A stretch of 50,930 nt of DNA, filler included, from Bipalium vagum (Eukaryota): the NCBI GenBank assembly GCA_037834085.1. It is 3 parts of 3 records of this genome, joined end to end, with 100 filler letters (N's around TTAATTAATTAA, not from the genome) between each part and the next. Parts side by side here need not be neighbours in the genome. Positions count along the whole stretch, not along the records: positions 1 to 15,670 come from JBBMKC010152889.1; 2 more parts are not named here. The stretch is one strand, 5' to 3'. The translations under genes were made by a program, and so were the position numbers. The notes under the pieces were generated by a model. That model made no database searches. It saw nothing but the letters and a program-made list of their open reading frames with translations, and had not been told where the DNA came from. This document shows positions 1 to 13,069 of this stretch, in pieces (the first letter of the stretch is position 1; each line of letters opens with the position of its first letter).

Positions 1-589
1 TTATTATTATTATTATTATCAAGATTAGATATCAGAAGAGCATGCAAAAATTAATAATAACAATGCTAATAATAATAAAATAATAATAACAAATGTACAT
101 TTAGTAAATAAAAAAATAAAAAATTATTGCAAATATTTTCTTATCGAATCTCAAAGTCTAATCCGAATTATGGCCGGATAATTAAATTTAGTATTATACT
201 GCCTTATATCAGGAATAGACATTAGGAGAGTAGTAATTGGCCAACGACCGAAAATTCGATTAGAAAATCTTTATAAATTTCGAATTCTCTAAGGATAGTT
301 GCATAAACAAAAAAGAAAAAACATTCGGTTTACCAGAAGAGTTAAAAACTCGTCAGAAAATTATTCAATTTTGAGCAGAAGATTTTAAATTCGTGGAAGA
401 GTGAAAGAGTATGATGAAGTCGCAGCAATAGGAGTTAACGAACACCAAGTTAAAAATTTTTACTGATGTTCGTTACAGAAAAGTATAGCAAAGATATTTT
501 GAAATATTACGTAATAATCTGTAAATATCTGTAAATAAAAAAATATAAAATCAGTATAAAAAGTATGTTAATTATTTATTTTGTTAAAA

Positions 590-900
590 AAAATCAAACA
601 AAGTTGCATCTCTTGATTTTTTTTCCATCAAAATGGGCTGTTTTAATCAATAGATGAGTTCAAAATTTTCTAATTGATTTTCAGCAAAAAAGCATTTTAA
701 TATTTCAATTAATATAAAAGCTTCACAAGATTGGATCGTTTTTTCAACTGCGATGTTTTTTTCATCTTTTTTTGAATCTTGAATATTATCAAAAAAATTC
801 ATTCAACACTCTTCCTTTAAGACTTTACCTTTGTATCGGGATCGAATTTCATCCGTATTATTTAGATAAATTTTCAGCTGCAAATATTCTTAGAATTGTT
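590..900 (-). mobile_element. possible pogo/Tigger transposase C-terminal relic
   Basis: Minus-strand translation has stops and ends ...EAFILIEILKCFFAENQLE...SRDATLFDFF, which resembles the acidic/helical tail and Q-T-x-I-x-D-F-F end of Tigger transposases. Weak. Confidence 0.35.
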
Positions 901-959
901 GAAAATTGCTCAAAAACTAAATTCCAATGTATATTTTAAAAATTTGACCTTTGTGAGAT

Positions 960-1395
960 TCATTAATTACGAAACGTCTTGCATAGAGCAACAGAAAAAA
1001 ATAATCTTCATCACGACGGGTTCGGGCCACACACTGCAAAAGTGACGTAGCAAAATTTGAAAGCCTTTCAGTGGTAAATAATGCTTCAGCTTCGATATAG
1101 CCAAGACATCACACCTTCAGATTACTATTTGTTCCGATGTTTACAACAATTTCTTCGTGGCAAAAAGTTTGGCAGAATTTATGATATAGAAACTACCCTG
1201 ACTCAGTTCTTTAATAAAACGTTCAGTCCCTGTTATGACAATGGCATTGAAAGTTTGATCAAACGTTGGAAAGAGGTTGTAGATAAAAATAGAGAATATA
1301 TGCAAATATATACTTGATTGACTTCGTTTTATTATTTGTATAAATAAATTTAAATTTTCTAAAAATAACGAACTTTCAATTTGAAAACTCTAATA
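960..1395 (+). mobile_element. mariner (DD34D) transposon 3' relic
   Basis: LHHDGFGPHTAKVT*...YSQDITPSDYYLFRCLQQFLRGKKF...GIESLIKRWKEVVD is a degenerate HDNARPH / YSPDLAPSDYHLF catalytic region. TIR-like end near 1365-1395. Confidence 0.85.
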
Positions 1396-1517
1396 TCTCT
1401 AATACCATAATGTTCTTATAGGATTTCCAAGTAAACTTAAATCAAATAATTAAAATAATGTTATTATGATATTATCTCTTTTTACTTTCATTATTACTGC
1501 AACACCTTGTATTTACT

Positions 1518-2711
1518 TTAAAAATAGTATTTACTTTCCATTATTGAGTTCTTCTTACGACCTATTCCCAAGATTGAAGTATTTTGCAATACTCCTAGGT
1601 CAATGCTTATTCTTTTACTTGGAACGGAAACAGATTTTAATGGCCTGGTTCCACTTGAAAGGTTCTCCATCAATGACATTTTTCGATAACTCCCAATATT
1701 CAGTTTTTGATTGATATTTTCTTTATTCCTACCAGTTTTATGTATGAGATTAACAGGTTTGAGATTAGTTTGAGTCTCTTTTAAGTTCGGTTGATTAACA
1801 GTCTCAAAACTTATATTTAATATTTCGATTGGCCTGTAAATATTAACTGATTCTTTCATTGATTGATCTTCGTCTGTTTCTTTATTATTAGAGATCATTT
1901 CAGGAATAAAGCTGCAAAACCTGTCCTCTTGTTTATTCGATTCAGTCTTGTCTGTAGACTTCTTTTCATCATTTGGACTTTGTAAATTTATATCTTCTTT
2001 CCCTTGTTTGATATCCTTGATAATGATTGGAAGGTCCCTGTTGTCTAAATGACTTAGTGGGAGTATTATTTCAGGATATTGGTTCGAATTTTCTTTTTTA
2101 TATTCTTCCGTTTCCAAGTTACTTCCGTCCAGCTCATGTTCATGGTCAATTATGCATTTCACATAATTCTTATTTTTTGAACAAGAAGACATGGAGGCTT
2201 CTATTTTCTCAAAAGAATTTCTTTTCTGTTCTTCATTCGAAATTGGACTGTTTTCTTCTTTATTATTTAATATATCTTGACTGATTTCAGTGAAATATTC
2301 TGAATTAGATTCAACCGTAGTTTTTGATTTTTCTAAATTTTCTGGGAATTTTATATTCGATCCAATACTTACCCTTCGTGAGATCAAATCAAACTTTGAT
2401 TCATCATCTTTTTCTTCAACATTTTCCTCTTGGCACCTCACTTTTCCATTAACATTATCGACATTTAATAATGCACATTGACTTTCAACTGACAATGTAT
2501 CATCACGGTGAACTGCTTCAGCATTCTGAAATTCATTTTCAGGGAGTTCTTGCTTTTCTTGAACATTTTTATTAACATTTGTCATTATTTCTTTATCAGG
2601 TTTTTCTTCTTTGTCGAAGTTGATTCTTTCGGATAACAAATTCAATCTTTCAAAAGTGTTATCGATCAAATGATCGTCTGTCGGTAGATCTTCCAAGCTA
2701 TTCTGCGACAT
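1518..2711 (-). CDS. E/K/N/S-rich, probably disordered protein of unknown function (397 aa, mostly one exon)
   Basis: A 1.2-kb stop-free frame is unlikely by chance in this AT-rich DNA. In-frame stop upstream of the ATG. The 3' end may splice at GAAA|gtaaat near 1535. Confidence 0.65.
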   Translation of the reverse strand: MSQNSLEDLPTDDHLIDNTFERLNLLSERINFDKEEKPDKEIMTNVNKNVQEKQELPENEFQNAEAVHRDDTLSVESQCALLNVDNVNGKVRCQEENVEEKDDESKFDLISRRVSIGSNIKFPENLEKSKTTVESNSEYFTEISQDILNNKEENSPISNEEQKRNSFEKIEASMSSCSKNKNYVKCIIDHEHELDGSNLETEEYKKENSNQYPEIILPLSHLDNRDLPIIIKDIKQGKEDINLQSPNDEKKSTDKTESNKQEDRFCSFIPEMISNNKETDEDQSMKESVNIYRPIEILNISFETVNQPNLKETQTNLKPVNLIHKTGRNKENINQKLNIGSYRKMSLMENLSSGTRPLKSVSVPSKRISIDLGVLQNTSILGIGRKKNSIMESKYYF

Positions 2712-5189
2712 ACTTTGTTAGTGAAGTATGGACTTGTACTATTGTAAGGTTATTATGAATGTTACTTGGGTTCTGTTTTCTATAACTAAATGATTATTGA
2801 CTGTGCTCAGTAAATATCAATGTGCAGTGAATATTTAAATTATGAAGGTTAAGCGTTTTGCATTTCTTCACCTTCTATACTAAAGACTATAAAATTAAAT
2901 AAATGTTTTGAAAGCTCTTTCTTGTCTTTAGTTATGGATAATTATTTTTAAGGACTCTCAGACATGCTTATGATTCATATGAAAAAGAGGATCTAGAAAA
3001 TTTATTTTAAACATTGTTATTATCACCGTAAGAAAAAAGAAATAATTTTATTAAAAAATGTCTCATAATTGTTACCCATAAATTATTTTGCTTTATATTT
3101 TTATATGTGAGGTAGAAAAAGCCTTTTGTTCAATTTATTTTTCTGCTATGAAAACTGTATTTACGTTTTAACCCTCTGAATATCATTTCCCTTATTATCA
3201 TGACCCATTTAATATCAAGTAAAACTGAAATTCATTTGATTTATTCCATTGAAATAATATTCTTGTTAATATCACAACCCGGTTAAAGTCTTGTTATCAA
3301 GCGGGTTACACTATAATATTTAATTTCAGAACAATGACAAAAGAGAAAAACAATTTTTTTGTCCATATGTTGTATTACTGCAAAATGCGAAGACATTTTC
3401 TCCATATAGCACAAATAACTAACTCATTCTTGGAATAGAATGTCGTCATGCTAATCTCACAACCATTTCACTCCCTAGACATGAATTAACTAAGAATTTT
3501 AGTCAAATACAGAACTATTTCAAAGTAATTTATTGTATAGTTAAAAAAATTTTAATTATTTGAGTTATATCATTTTAAAGGTGATTAAATATTCTAAAAA
3601 TATTTGTTTAAGGGGGTAAATGAGCTGATGCAAAAAAATATTTGATTTTATATTTTATTTTGGTTATAGAAAATTTTGAAAATCGTGCGCTCCTTCGACA
3701 TAATACAATATTTAATCATGAAAATATCACGAAAAATAAATAAAATTATTTGTCGTACTTGAAAGTGAAGTACAGGACAATTTGAACAATATGAAATGTC
3801 AGTAATTACTCTGCAATTAAAAATTCAGTACACCGAATGATGGTGTAGATTATTTAAAGCATACTCGCTAAAGAATCTTCGCAAAGTAAGACCAACACCA
3901 TAATTTTTCAATTTTATGACATCGCTAAATTCTGATATTTATTCAGGTGCTTACTACTTATTGGGAGACAAATGTCAAAAAATGATCATGCTTAAGAAGT
4001 AATGATCTTGAAGTCATTTAATTTTTTAATGCCAAAAGGTAGAGTTTGTTTACAAATATTTCTGAACGTATGATGAAACATATATACAGGGATAAAATGT
4101 TAATGTATACAGTTGATTGCAAACATTGTGTTGTTCTTCTCAACATCCGATCGTTAGCTGCTAAGTCTGCAAAACCAAAAACTGCAAATATAAAAAACAA
4201 TCTAGTTTCGGGACAAACCATACGCTTGCAATCGAGATTAAATTGATTCTTTAGTTCACCTCCCAGCAACAAATGAAATGTCAAATGAATGGAAAGAGGA
4301 TCATCCATAGACGCCTAACTAACCAAGAAGACCTTATCCTCCAAATATTGTACTGCTAAATAGAGGAGAGTGGCTTATGGGTGGCCTATTATATTAAAAT
4401 ATTATGGACAGTTTCAAGTTAAAGAGAACAAAACACGAGTCTTGAATCCACGAGCTTACATATAGCTGTATCACATCGGTTTAAATGAAAGAAGTCAAAT
4501 TAATATTATGAATGTTTCTTTATTCGACTATAGATCATAATTCGAGGCAGTAGCAACTGAATGTAGCTGAGTGGGTTAAATAGAATACTTACAGAAGAGA
4601 TTTTTTCCACCTAAAAGCTATTTGTATACTCAATAAGCCCTGGTGAACTGGAAACGGAAAATTATAAGCATCTATACATAATTAACTCAATAGAAATAAA
4701 GATTCTAAAGCAGTACTCAATCGTTGGTTAAATAAAAATTAATTGATATAAAGAACTAAAAAATAATTAAAAACAGAAATCGGGTATTAGTTGAGTGAAG
4801 AGATGATTTTTATATAGAGACTGCAAGCGACGAAATTATGAGGAGTGCCGATGGTCGTGACGCATGTTCAGGGTATATATTGTATGACTGTTTTACAGCT
4901 AGGATTAAAATTTTTCTGTCAGTTTGCACCTTTGATGCTTTGTAAGGCCTATTTTTTCAGCGAGGCACTGTTACGAGAATTCCAAGAACCTAGTAAGAAG
5001 ACATTTTAACATCCAGATTCACTGAGATGTTATGTAATTGTGCATGTTGATCGGCTATCTCTGGATATTTGGTGGTATTGTTAGTGCGAGTTTTATTGAA
5101 GATGAAAATTTACCGATACCCTCCGATAGTGGCATAACCTTTTTTAAAGTAGTAAACCTTTAAAAAAAGATTTTCGGATCCGAAAACGG

Positions 5190-5560
5190 AAAATTTGGGA
5201 ATGAACATTTAATGATCCTGATCTCTATTAATGCAGTTTATGGCTAAGAATTGATTGGTTCTGACTTTTTTGAAGATAAAAGAGAAAGAATAGTTACAAT
5301 TAATGAAGCTCGAGAGATGAATTTATGCAGTGACATTGGACGTACTTATTTTTTTAAAAATTTATGATCTGCTATCTCACAAATTTGATTATTTTTTACT
5401 TTGATTATCCCTCTGATCAGAATAAAAATATATCAACAAAACCCCTAACCATTGATAAGCTAAAGGAGAAGTGCATAAAAACAAAATTCCTGAAAATGCG
5501 TTTAAAATCCATATAGAACTCCATCAAGAGTATCAGTCTTTGATAACAAGATCAAAGAAA
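5190..5560 (+). mobile_element. Tc1/mariner-superfamily (DD41D-like) transposase relic
   Basis: Fragments LIGSDFFEDKRERIVTINEAR and KPLTIDKLKE resemble the IIGPYFFE..TVTVNGERY and KPxTIxELK motifs; heavily decayed. Confidence 0.5.
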
Positions 5561-7064
5561 CAATAAACGAAATATTTTTGTCCACATAGCTCTGATTTCA
5601 GACAAAGTAAAACCTTTAAAATATAAAAATAAATGTTTTATTAATAATTTAAATTTTCAGCTCTTTTTTAAAATACGAAATTTTGTGAAAATTTATTAAA
5701 AAATTAAAATATTTGAAAAAATTCTAAAACATTTTAATATTTTTAGAATAATTTACCATTTTATTTTTTATTTTTTTTAATTTTTCTTATTATTGTTATA
5801 AATTTAATATTTCACTACAAGTATAAAAGAAAAATAATTTTCATAAAAAGAAAAAACACATATTTCGTATGTTCAATTGATTGACTGTATAAGATTAAAA
5901 GTAATATACCTGATTTTCACAAATCCAATTAGATATTATTTTCTACTGAGAAACAAAGGGCATTAAACGAGAAAACTGATCCCCAGCCTGCGAAAATTCA
6001 CGTTTTATCAGCGAATGACATAACAATGAGTTACCAAGCTTCCTGGACTACGAGAATTGCTGCCATGGATATGGAATAGCTCTCAATAGAATGAAGCATG
6101 CTTATTTCTGGTTTCATTTCACTGTACACAGTTTTATTTAAGATTCAGAATCAATCTATTCAATAGTCAGTTGTCCTCAACAGAGAAACAATAAGAAAAT
6201 AATATGGTTTAATTGAGTTTCAGTAAACTAAGATATATTACAAATATTTATTATTACCAAAGGTCTTCTGAATATTCAAATCGTGTATTTTTGTTGTTCT
6301 TTATTATTTCTTGTATTTTTATTATTTTATTTTTTAGTTATTTTATTATTCTTCAATTTTTTGATACAATTATGAATTCAATTGAAAAAGGAAGGAAGAT
6401 ATAAAACAAATGTTTTACAAAAAATTTTCCATCATTTTAGGATTTGTATATTTTTTGTAATATTTATCTATCCTACCAACCCTTCAAAATAAAACATGTT
6501 TAAGTCTATAAATTTTATCAATGTTGAATAAATGTCAAGAGAATCCAATTCTGTAGCACTATCAGGCACTCAAGGGAAACTAATAATAATTTAATTAAAT
6601 ATCAATATTATAATTAAATCGATGATTAAAAGAATTAATCCAAAATGAAAAAAACTAAAGACCAAAAATCAATGACTACTCCAATTATATTTTTCGATTT
6701 TTTAATATCATTCCAACTTCCTCTTTGTAAATGTACGTAACGTAATTTAATATTCTTGTAACTCAATTTTTGCATCATTATTAATATTATTTCTTATCTA
6801 AGTGATCTTCTTATCTATTTCTTCTTCTATTTCTTATCTAAAAACTCTAAATAATTAATTAAAATTCAATAAAATTAATTGTTTCTTCTTTTATCAACTA
6901 GTAATATCCTTTCAGGATATTTACCTACATCTTCTTTGTGCTATGTTTTATTAATTATAATTAATCAATCATGATATAATGAACATGAGGTAAATATTTT
7001 TTACATTTGTAATCTTGATTAATTAATATTACTGTTAATTATTTATTATTAATTATCCTGTATC

Positions 7065-7315
7065 ATAAATCACCCGCCTCGAAAATCTTAGAAATCGGAT
7101 GTGATGCTCTCTTTCATCTTACTTATTCCTCAGATATATCATCATTTGACTATCACATATTCTGGTTATTGCAGCATGTTATTTTCGGTAAAAATATTCA
7201 AAATCAAGATCTTATCAAAAACAGTTTTTCGATTTGAAAAATGAAAACTTTTAGAAAAGAGGGATTGAAATCTTGGTGGAAAATAGTTTGATGATTACAT
7301 ATTTGATAGTTTTGA
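7065..7315 (+). mobile_element. mariner 3' relic
   Basis: KILEIGCDALFHLTYSSDISSFDYHIFWLLQHVIFGK is a degenerate ELGWEVLPHPPYSPDLAPSDYHLF. Confidence 0.6.
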
Positions 7316-7779
7316 ATATTTTATTGTTTGATTAGCCCAGGGCACATCCCTTTAACCCTTTAGATTATCTTTTGAAATCCGTAAAACAGTCTAGAATAAT
7401 TATAATATTAATAAAATAATTATTAAGACCACAAAGGAGTCAGAAACGGAATAATAATTATTATTATTTTTTATTATTATTATAAATGCTTTAAATATAA
7501 TAATAGTTATAATTCATAATATTAATTAAAAATCCGCAATATAGGGACTAGTGATTATTTTAGTATCAAAATATTTTCATATTTATTTCAAAATACAGTC
7601 AAAATTGACTAAGGTTAATTTTGGAATTATCTTATCTTCAAGGTAAATATTGAAATAATACAGGATGCGGAGATAAATTGGCAACATTTTGAAAAATAAA
7701 AATATACTAAAAAGGTTTTAGATTTTAACAAATAAAAAAAATTTTTTTTGAATATAGACACACAGTCCAAATCATTTCA

Positions 7780-8780
7780 GTTGTTCAAATAAACCTACAT
7801 TTGTTGAGACTATACTTGGAACGACGAACGAGATCTGGAGCATGTCTTCACGAGTTTTCTTTATCCATGTTTACATAATTTAATCAATCTTAACCTTCAA
7901 ATATTCTATATTTGTATGAGGTGTTTGTTATCTACACATAGTAGTCAAAAAGATTCACATAAAAAACTAGGCTGCCAGATTTCATTTGACCAGAATTCAG
8001 TAACATTGAATTTACGAAAATTTGTACCTTTTTGACGTCATTTGATGGTTTGCCATCTCTTTGGAAGATGAGATGACGTCCATTTGTGACTTTCTTCAAT
8101 CATGTTACAACTGAGTTCTTCAAAAAGTTCTTATAAATATCATCAGTCACTCTCAAGCCTTGTGGGGACAAATGCGAGAAAATGATATTTCCGTCATTAC
8201 TGATGATAATTAACACTATGACCGTGGCAGGAAATTAATCACTATTAGGACTTGAGAAGTATTTTGCACACAGTCATCTGTTGTTTTCCCTATTGACAAT
8301 ATGGTCCTGCTGGAAATTCTTTTCATCTTTGGGATTTTTGAATTTTGATAGCAGTTTTTTTGCTTTTTCAAGTTCATCTTTTCATTATCCTTTGTGACAA
8401 AAATGGCCTTTTCTAATGACAAGATTTTTATCGAATGTCTTCATTCATATTTGTACAGACTGTTTCATCCGACATATCTAATTATATGACTATAGGTTAC
8501 ATTGACCTGCCTTGATCTTCATTGATAATATCTTGGATTCGAGATATCGTATTCAAACTTGTGCGATCTTTGCGTACTTTACGTATTTTTCTTAATGGTG
8601 TTATCTCTTTAGGATCAGCATCATACACTTTCTTTACGTTGTAAATTGTAAGTAAAAGTATAGTACTGAAGTAGGAAATTTCTTTGGCATTTCATCCTGC
8701 TCGCAGACCACATATTATTGACGCTCTGACATCATATTCTTTTGAAATGCTTGGTTATTCTTTTTGTATTAACTTTATAT
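7780..8780 (-). mobile_element. maT/DD37D-type transposase relic
   Basis: Minus strand reads PATVIVLIIISNDGNIIFSHLSPQGLRVTDDIY...VTNGRHLIFQRDGKP...NLFDYYV, matching the maT pattern PASVMV..VSSEG....HFFPQGLRVN...GRPYVFQQDSAP...NPLDYYVW. ORF 8216-8422 lies inside it. Confidence 0.7.
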
Positions 8781-10373
8781 CTAAAATAACAGATCATTAA
8801 TTTTAACCCATTAAGAAAATTTAAAAATTTATAATAGGGGCCTTTTAAAACATGGTACAACATTATTGCCAATTTATTTCGCGCACCTTGTAATGGAAAT
8901 AAAAATTATTTCCATGAGTTTTAGATAGAAATAACCTGATTGGTGTGTTTGTTTTAAAACTTCCGTTATAAGAAAACATCGTTATTGGAGTTACCCCGTG
9001 AAAAAAGTAAGAAAAATAGGTTTTGATTTTTTTAGTGTCAAAGCCAAAAGTTGTATAATAAGACATTTTATTTCGTTGAAGATATTATTTGTCAGAAGAA
9101 TTGGTTAATTTTGATCATAGGTTATTCACCTCTTAGATCTTTTGAATTTTAAAACGAAAGAAAGTTGTAGTCTTCGAAGCAAGAAAATTATCAAAAAATT
9201 CTCGTATCTCTAAAATATTTCTGAAGTGACATCCGGAGCATGGTGGGAGATGCTAGATTATTATTTTGATTATTTAAACAATGTCCAAAAAAGGACCGAA
9301 ACTTACGCATAAACATAATAACAAAAAATCGAACTGGTCATTGAATTATAATCAATACTATATTTCATTATCTAATATTTCCTGAAATCATTATATTTAA
9401 GTAAATTAATATTAGGTCGTAAAGTATGAAATGCAACATTTTATCTAATCATTTTCTAACTTGAATATCCCAGCGAAGTTTTATTGTAAGTTATTAATTT
9501 TTGTTTTAATAATTGGTTTTGATTTAATAATAATTATCCCATAAGGAACTATAATATTCTATATCTGGCATTTTACTTTTACATTCATGCACGTAAATAC
9601 TAAATACATTCCATTTCCTTAATTCTGATAAAATGCGATCATCTTAACCATAAGAAGAACCATTAATTTTAATTTTATAATTTTAAGTAAATATTTAATT
9701 ATGATTAAGACAACAAATTATAGATGTAGGATCTCATGGATTTCAATTTCAATTTCTTCAATTTTAAACATTACAGAATCATTATTGATTTTCTTCTTAA
9801 CAATGAGAGGTTCTGAACATATACAAAAACGATAGATTTTCAACGAAGTATTAACTGAATGTTAAAAATGCAATACATTTTTCATGTGAATTTGTTATTA
9901 TTCTTGACATGTTCGTTACTAATTTTTATACTACTATTTTATTGCACACGCGAGTGAGCTGTGTGTATTCTTTTTCCAAATTTTCTTCAAATTATTGTGC
10001 GGAATTCAGGTATTTTTTGTTTTTGGAATGCTTAACAACTTATCTAAACTCTTAATAACAATTTAATGCAAAAAATTCAGACTTAATCATATTAATTTTG
10101 AATTTTAAAATTTAAATGGCAGCACTACTATTTTGTTGAACACCGCTGTATATCCAGTATTTTTTTAATAATTTTAAACTAATAATCGCCTTGATCATAT
10201 TTTTTATTTAAGAGAACTTAATAAAATATGAGAAAATTAAAATTCTCAGTTTAAAATATTAACTAATTTTCTAAAGTTCGATTTTCTGTTCTTTTTGAGA
10301 AATATTAAGCTCTTCAAGAAATTTTTATATATTTTTTTTTCAATTTTTTATTTTCCAGTAAAAATTAATAATA

Positions 10374-10443
10374 CAGTTAAACCTCTTTATAACGACACAC
10401 CTCGGGAACCGCTAAACTGTTGTTATATATAGAGGTTCCACTG
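10374..10443. mobile_element. 70-bp Tigger/pogo-type MITE
   Basis: TA|CAGTTAAACCTCTTTATAACGACA ... TGTTGTTATATATAGAGGTTCCACTG|TA: imperfect TIRs of about 24 bp with a TA target-site duplication. Confidence 0.75.
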
Positions 10444-10814
10444 TATTATTAATTGTACCAATTTAAACAAATTAATTAAATTTTAACAGCCAATTGTATA
10501 ATATTATTTTGTTAACATGAACTCATTTTGAGTAAAAGATTTTTATTCAAAAATTTTAGTGGTTTCTAACTAAAAATTCAACAATTTTGAAAAATTTTAG
10601 TTATTTTTAGTAATTACTATTTAAAGTAAGTCATTTTGACAGTCTGATTTTCGTACAACATTCATACTATCAGTACTAGGAGTTTTCTATTATAATTTCA
10701 GAGGAAATATATAAATCTTCTTTTGATTTTATTATGATGCTGATGAAGTAATCTTTAAATTATTAACTGATCTTTCTGTTAATTTCCATAGTTGAACCTT
10801 ATGGTAACCACATC

Positions 10815-11814
10815 ATGGGTCATGTATGGTAGCACTTAACATCCACAAATTTTTGCATAATTAATTTTAAGTTTTTAAAGAATTTAATATATCTTTTTCA
10901 ATATATTTTATTTTTCAAAGAAAAGTAAATTGTTTACCTGGATTTTAGAATTAAATACTTAAAATATTATTTGTTGCACATTTTTATTTTTATTGTTACT
11001 ACAGCGGAATACATTTATTACATAATTCATGAATTTTATTATTGTTAGAAAAAAATTTCATTCATTTTTTGTGTATTAACTGGCCTAATGACATAATTTT
11101 ATTTTATCTCACTAATTTCAGTTATAATGCTGAATTTAGCGTCAGAGCTTCCATAAGAGCGCAGCCGAGTAAATTTATTTAATTCAGAATTTTTTTATTG
11201 ATTTATATTTTTTGTCAATATCAAGCAGCCCTGGGAAATACGACCTTAAACATGGACAGTTCCACTTGCAATCATATGATAATGAACCAACAGCGCCTTA
11301 ATATCACTATTCTGATAATTGGCATTATTAATATACTTGGTTCAGTAATAATCATTATGCTGTATAATTCGTTTCGCAATGCAAAAGATCAGAAATGTAC
11401 CATAACGGAGAAAATTGTTGCCATCAGTAATGAATTTTCTAAAGACTTCAAGGAACTAGAGGCTGCAAGATGTGAGAAAATTATACTTAACAGAAAAATG
11501 AATAGATCTAATATAAGACAACAAAGATATTCTGATGGTATAAACCAACCCCTCATACAAAACATGGTAATCTTTTCAAAATGACAAAAGGTGAAATGAA
11601 TTTTCAATTTTAGCGTCCATTGTCATCGTGCTATTATGAATCTGGGAATAATTTTTCCTCATCAACTCTCACCAGTTCATCAAGTGATTCGACTGGGTCG
11701 ACTGAATCGAGCGAATGGTCACAAGGTTCGGAAAAGAGCAAAAATCTGAAATCCTTTGTAAAATCTCTGTCGATAAGAGCTCTGAAAGTGGGAAAACTTT
11801 CAAATTATAAATAG
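10815..11814 (+). CDS. multi-exon single-pass membrane protein, unknown function
   Basis: Phase-consistent exons 11122-11168, 11226-11566 and 11614-11814 (introns of 57 and 47 nt) join ORFs 11198 and 11620 (NM|RPLSSCYYE). Hydrophobic stretch ITILIIGIINILGSVIIIMLY, then a Ser-rich tail. The upstream exon (ATG 10815, donor 10829) is tentative. Confidence 0.6.
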
Positions 11815-12591
11815 ATTCGACACAATTTCCTCTTTCCTTTTAACAATGAAAATTTCTTAGGATATTTTTTAAAAACCTGTCTGTTTTAATTTAACAATTT
11901 AACGAGTAAAAATGATGTCCATTGTGGCTGATTTTAATTTTGAAAACTTTAGGTGAGAGAAAATTAATTAGAAATTCCAAAAAAATTTTATTTCATATAA
12001 TATTTTTTCCATCATTTCAATTATTGATAAATATTAAAATTAACTTCACAGAATGGAAGGGTTGCTTTCCTTTCCCGTTGTAATTATTATATTACTGAGA
12101 TACTTTACGAATAATGTATTATGTCTCAAAATTTTTTTTTTAGTTCAATCAATGGAACCATTACTGGCCTTTTATTGACAAAAATTTATCTTTATTACAC
12201 ATTTTTAACTGATTTTATTATTTTAAGCTTATTTAATGGAATATGTAGAGAATAATTGATCTGTTAGTGAAGAATGACAGTAATTTATGGTTGAAGTAAA
12301 CCAATTTTCAATAGAGTAGTCTGAATTAGAATAATTCTTAAAGAGTAACGCTACTTCCTAAAAGCACCAATCCTCACCATTTAAAATAATTATGTAAAAT
12401 TTCCAAAGTAAAATAATTAAGATTTTCAATGGTCCTATTTTCTAATACTGAAAAGATTTAATCAATATAAATTGTAGTTTTTGAACTCAAGATTTGAATC
12501 CACATGAAATATTTTTTTAATTTTAAGAAAGAGAAGTGTTTCAGAAAATTGATGATGGTTTTAATTAATTTCAATCTTTGCTGTCCTTCCA

Positions 12592-13069
12592 AAAACTTAA
12601 CGGGGCTCGTATTAAAATCAGAAGGATTTTACAGAGTGTAACGTTCAGACTGTGTAAAAGATTGCGTTTATGGATATGCTTATTTTAAAATCGACTGGGT
12701 AATGAGCGTGTATGTGCGATCGATAATTATAACTCAAAATGCAACTGTGATAAAAATATAAAAATGTATTTCACTAAGTCAAATCAAAACAATTTTAATT
12801 TTAATCAAAATACTTTTAATTTTTAACGATTTAAAACCTTTTAAAAATACTTTGCCGAACAAAATCAAATTTCAAAACAACAATGCAATTATTAATGATA
12901 AGTCCCGTAAAAGATTTGGATATGCTCTTTGCGATCCTTGCTAAAAGACCCCTCGATACTCAAAATGAGCTCCTCCGCCCTACTTGACGTAGAGGAAGCA
13001 AAAACAATAAAATAAAATAAAAAGGTGATTTTGATATTTGAATAACAATTGGGGAGCTATCCAATTGTT
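12592..13069. repeat. dispersed non-coding element, copy A
   Basis: Shares ordered conserved blocks with 24952-25460: AAAACTTAACGnGGCTCGTA, AATCAGAAGGATTT, AACGTTC, AATCGACTGGGTAAT, CACTAA..AAATCAAAA, GCTCTT, CCCTCGAT, CGTAGAGG, AAAAAGGTGATTTTGATA, TGGGGAnCTATCCAATT. Confidence 0.75.

Noticed and set aside
12592-12630. Twister-like look (TTAA...TCAGAAGG closed by an A/T stem)
   Set aside because: No room for the P4 stem-loop or the pseudoknot partners in either copy.
12945-13030. HDV-like ribozyme in the CCTC/GAGG pseudoknot region
   Set aside because: The L3 and J4/2 consensus and a 7-bp P1 are absent, and the two copies disagree on P3.
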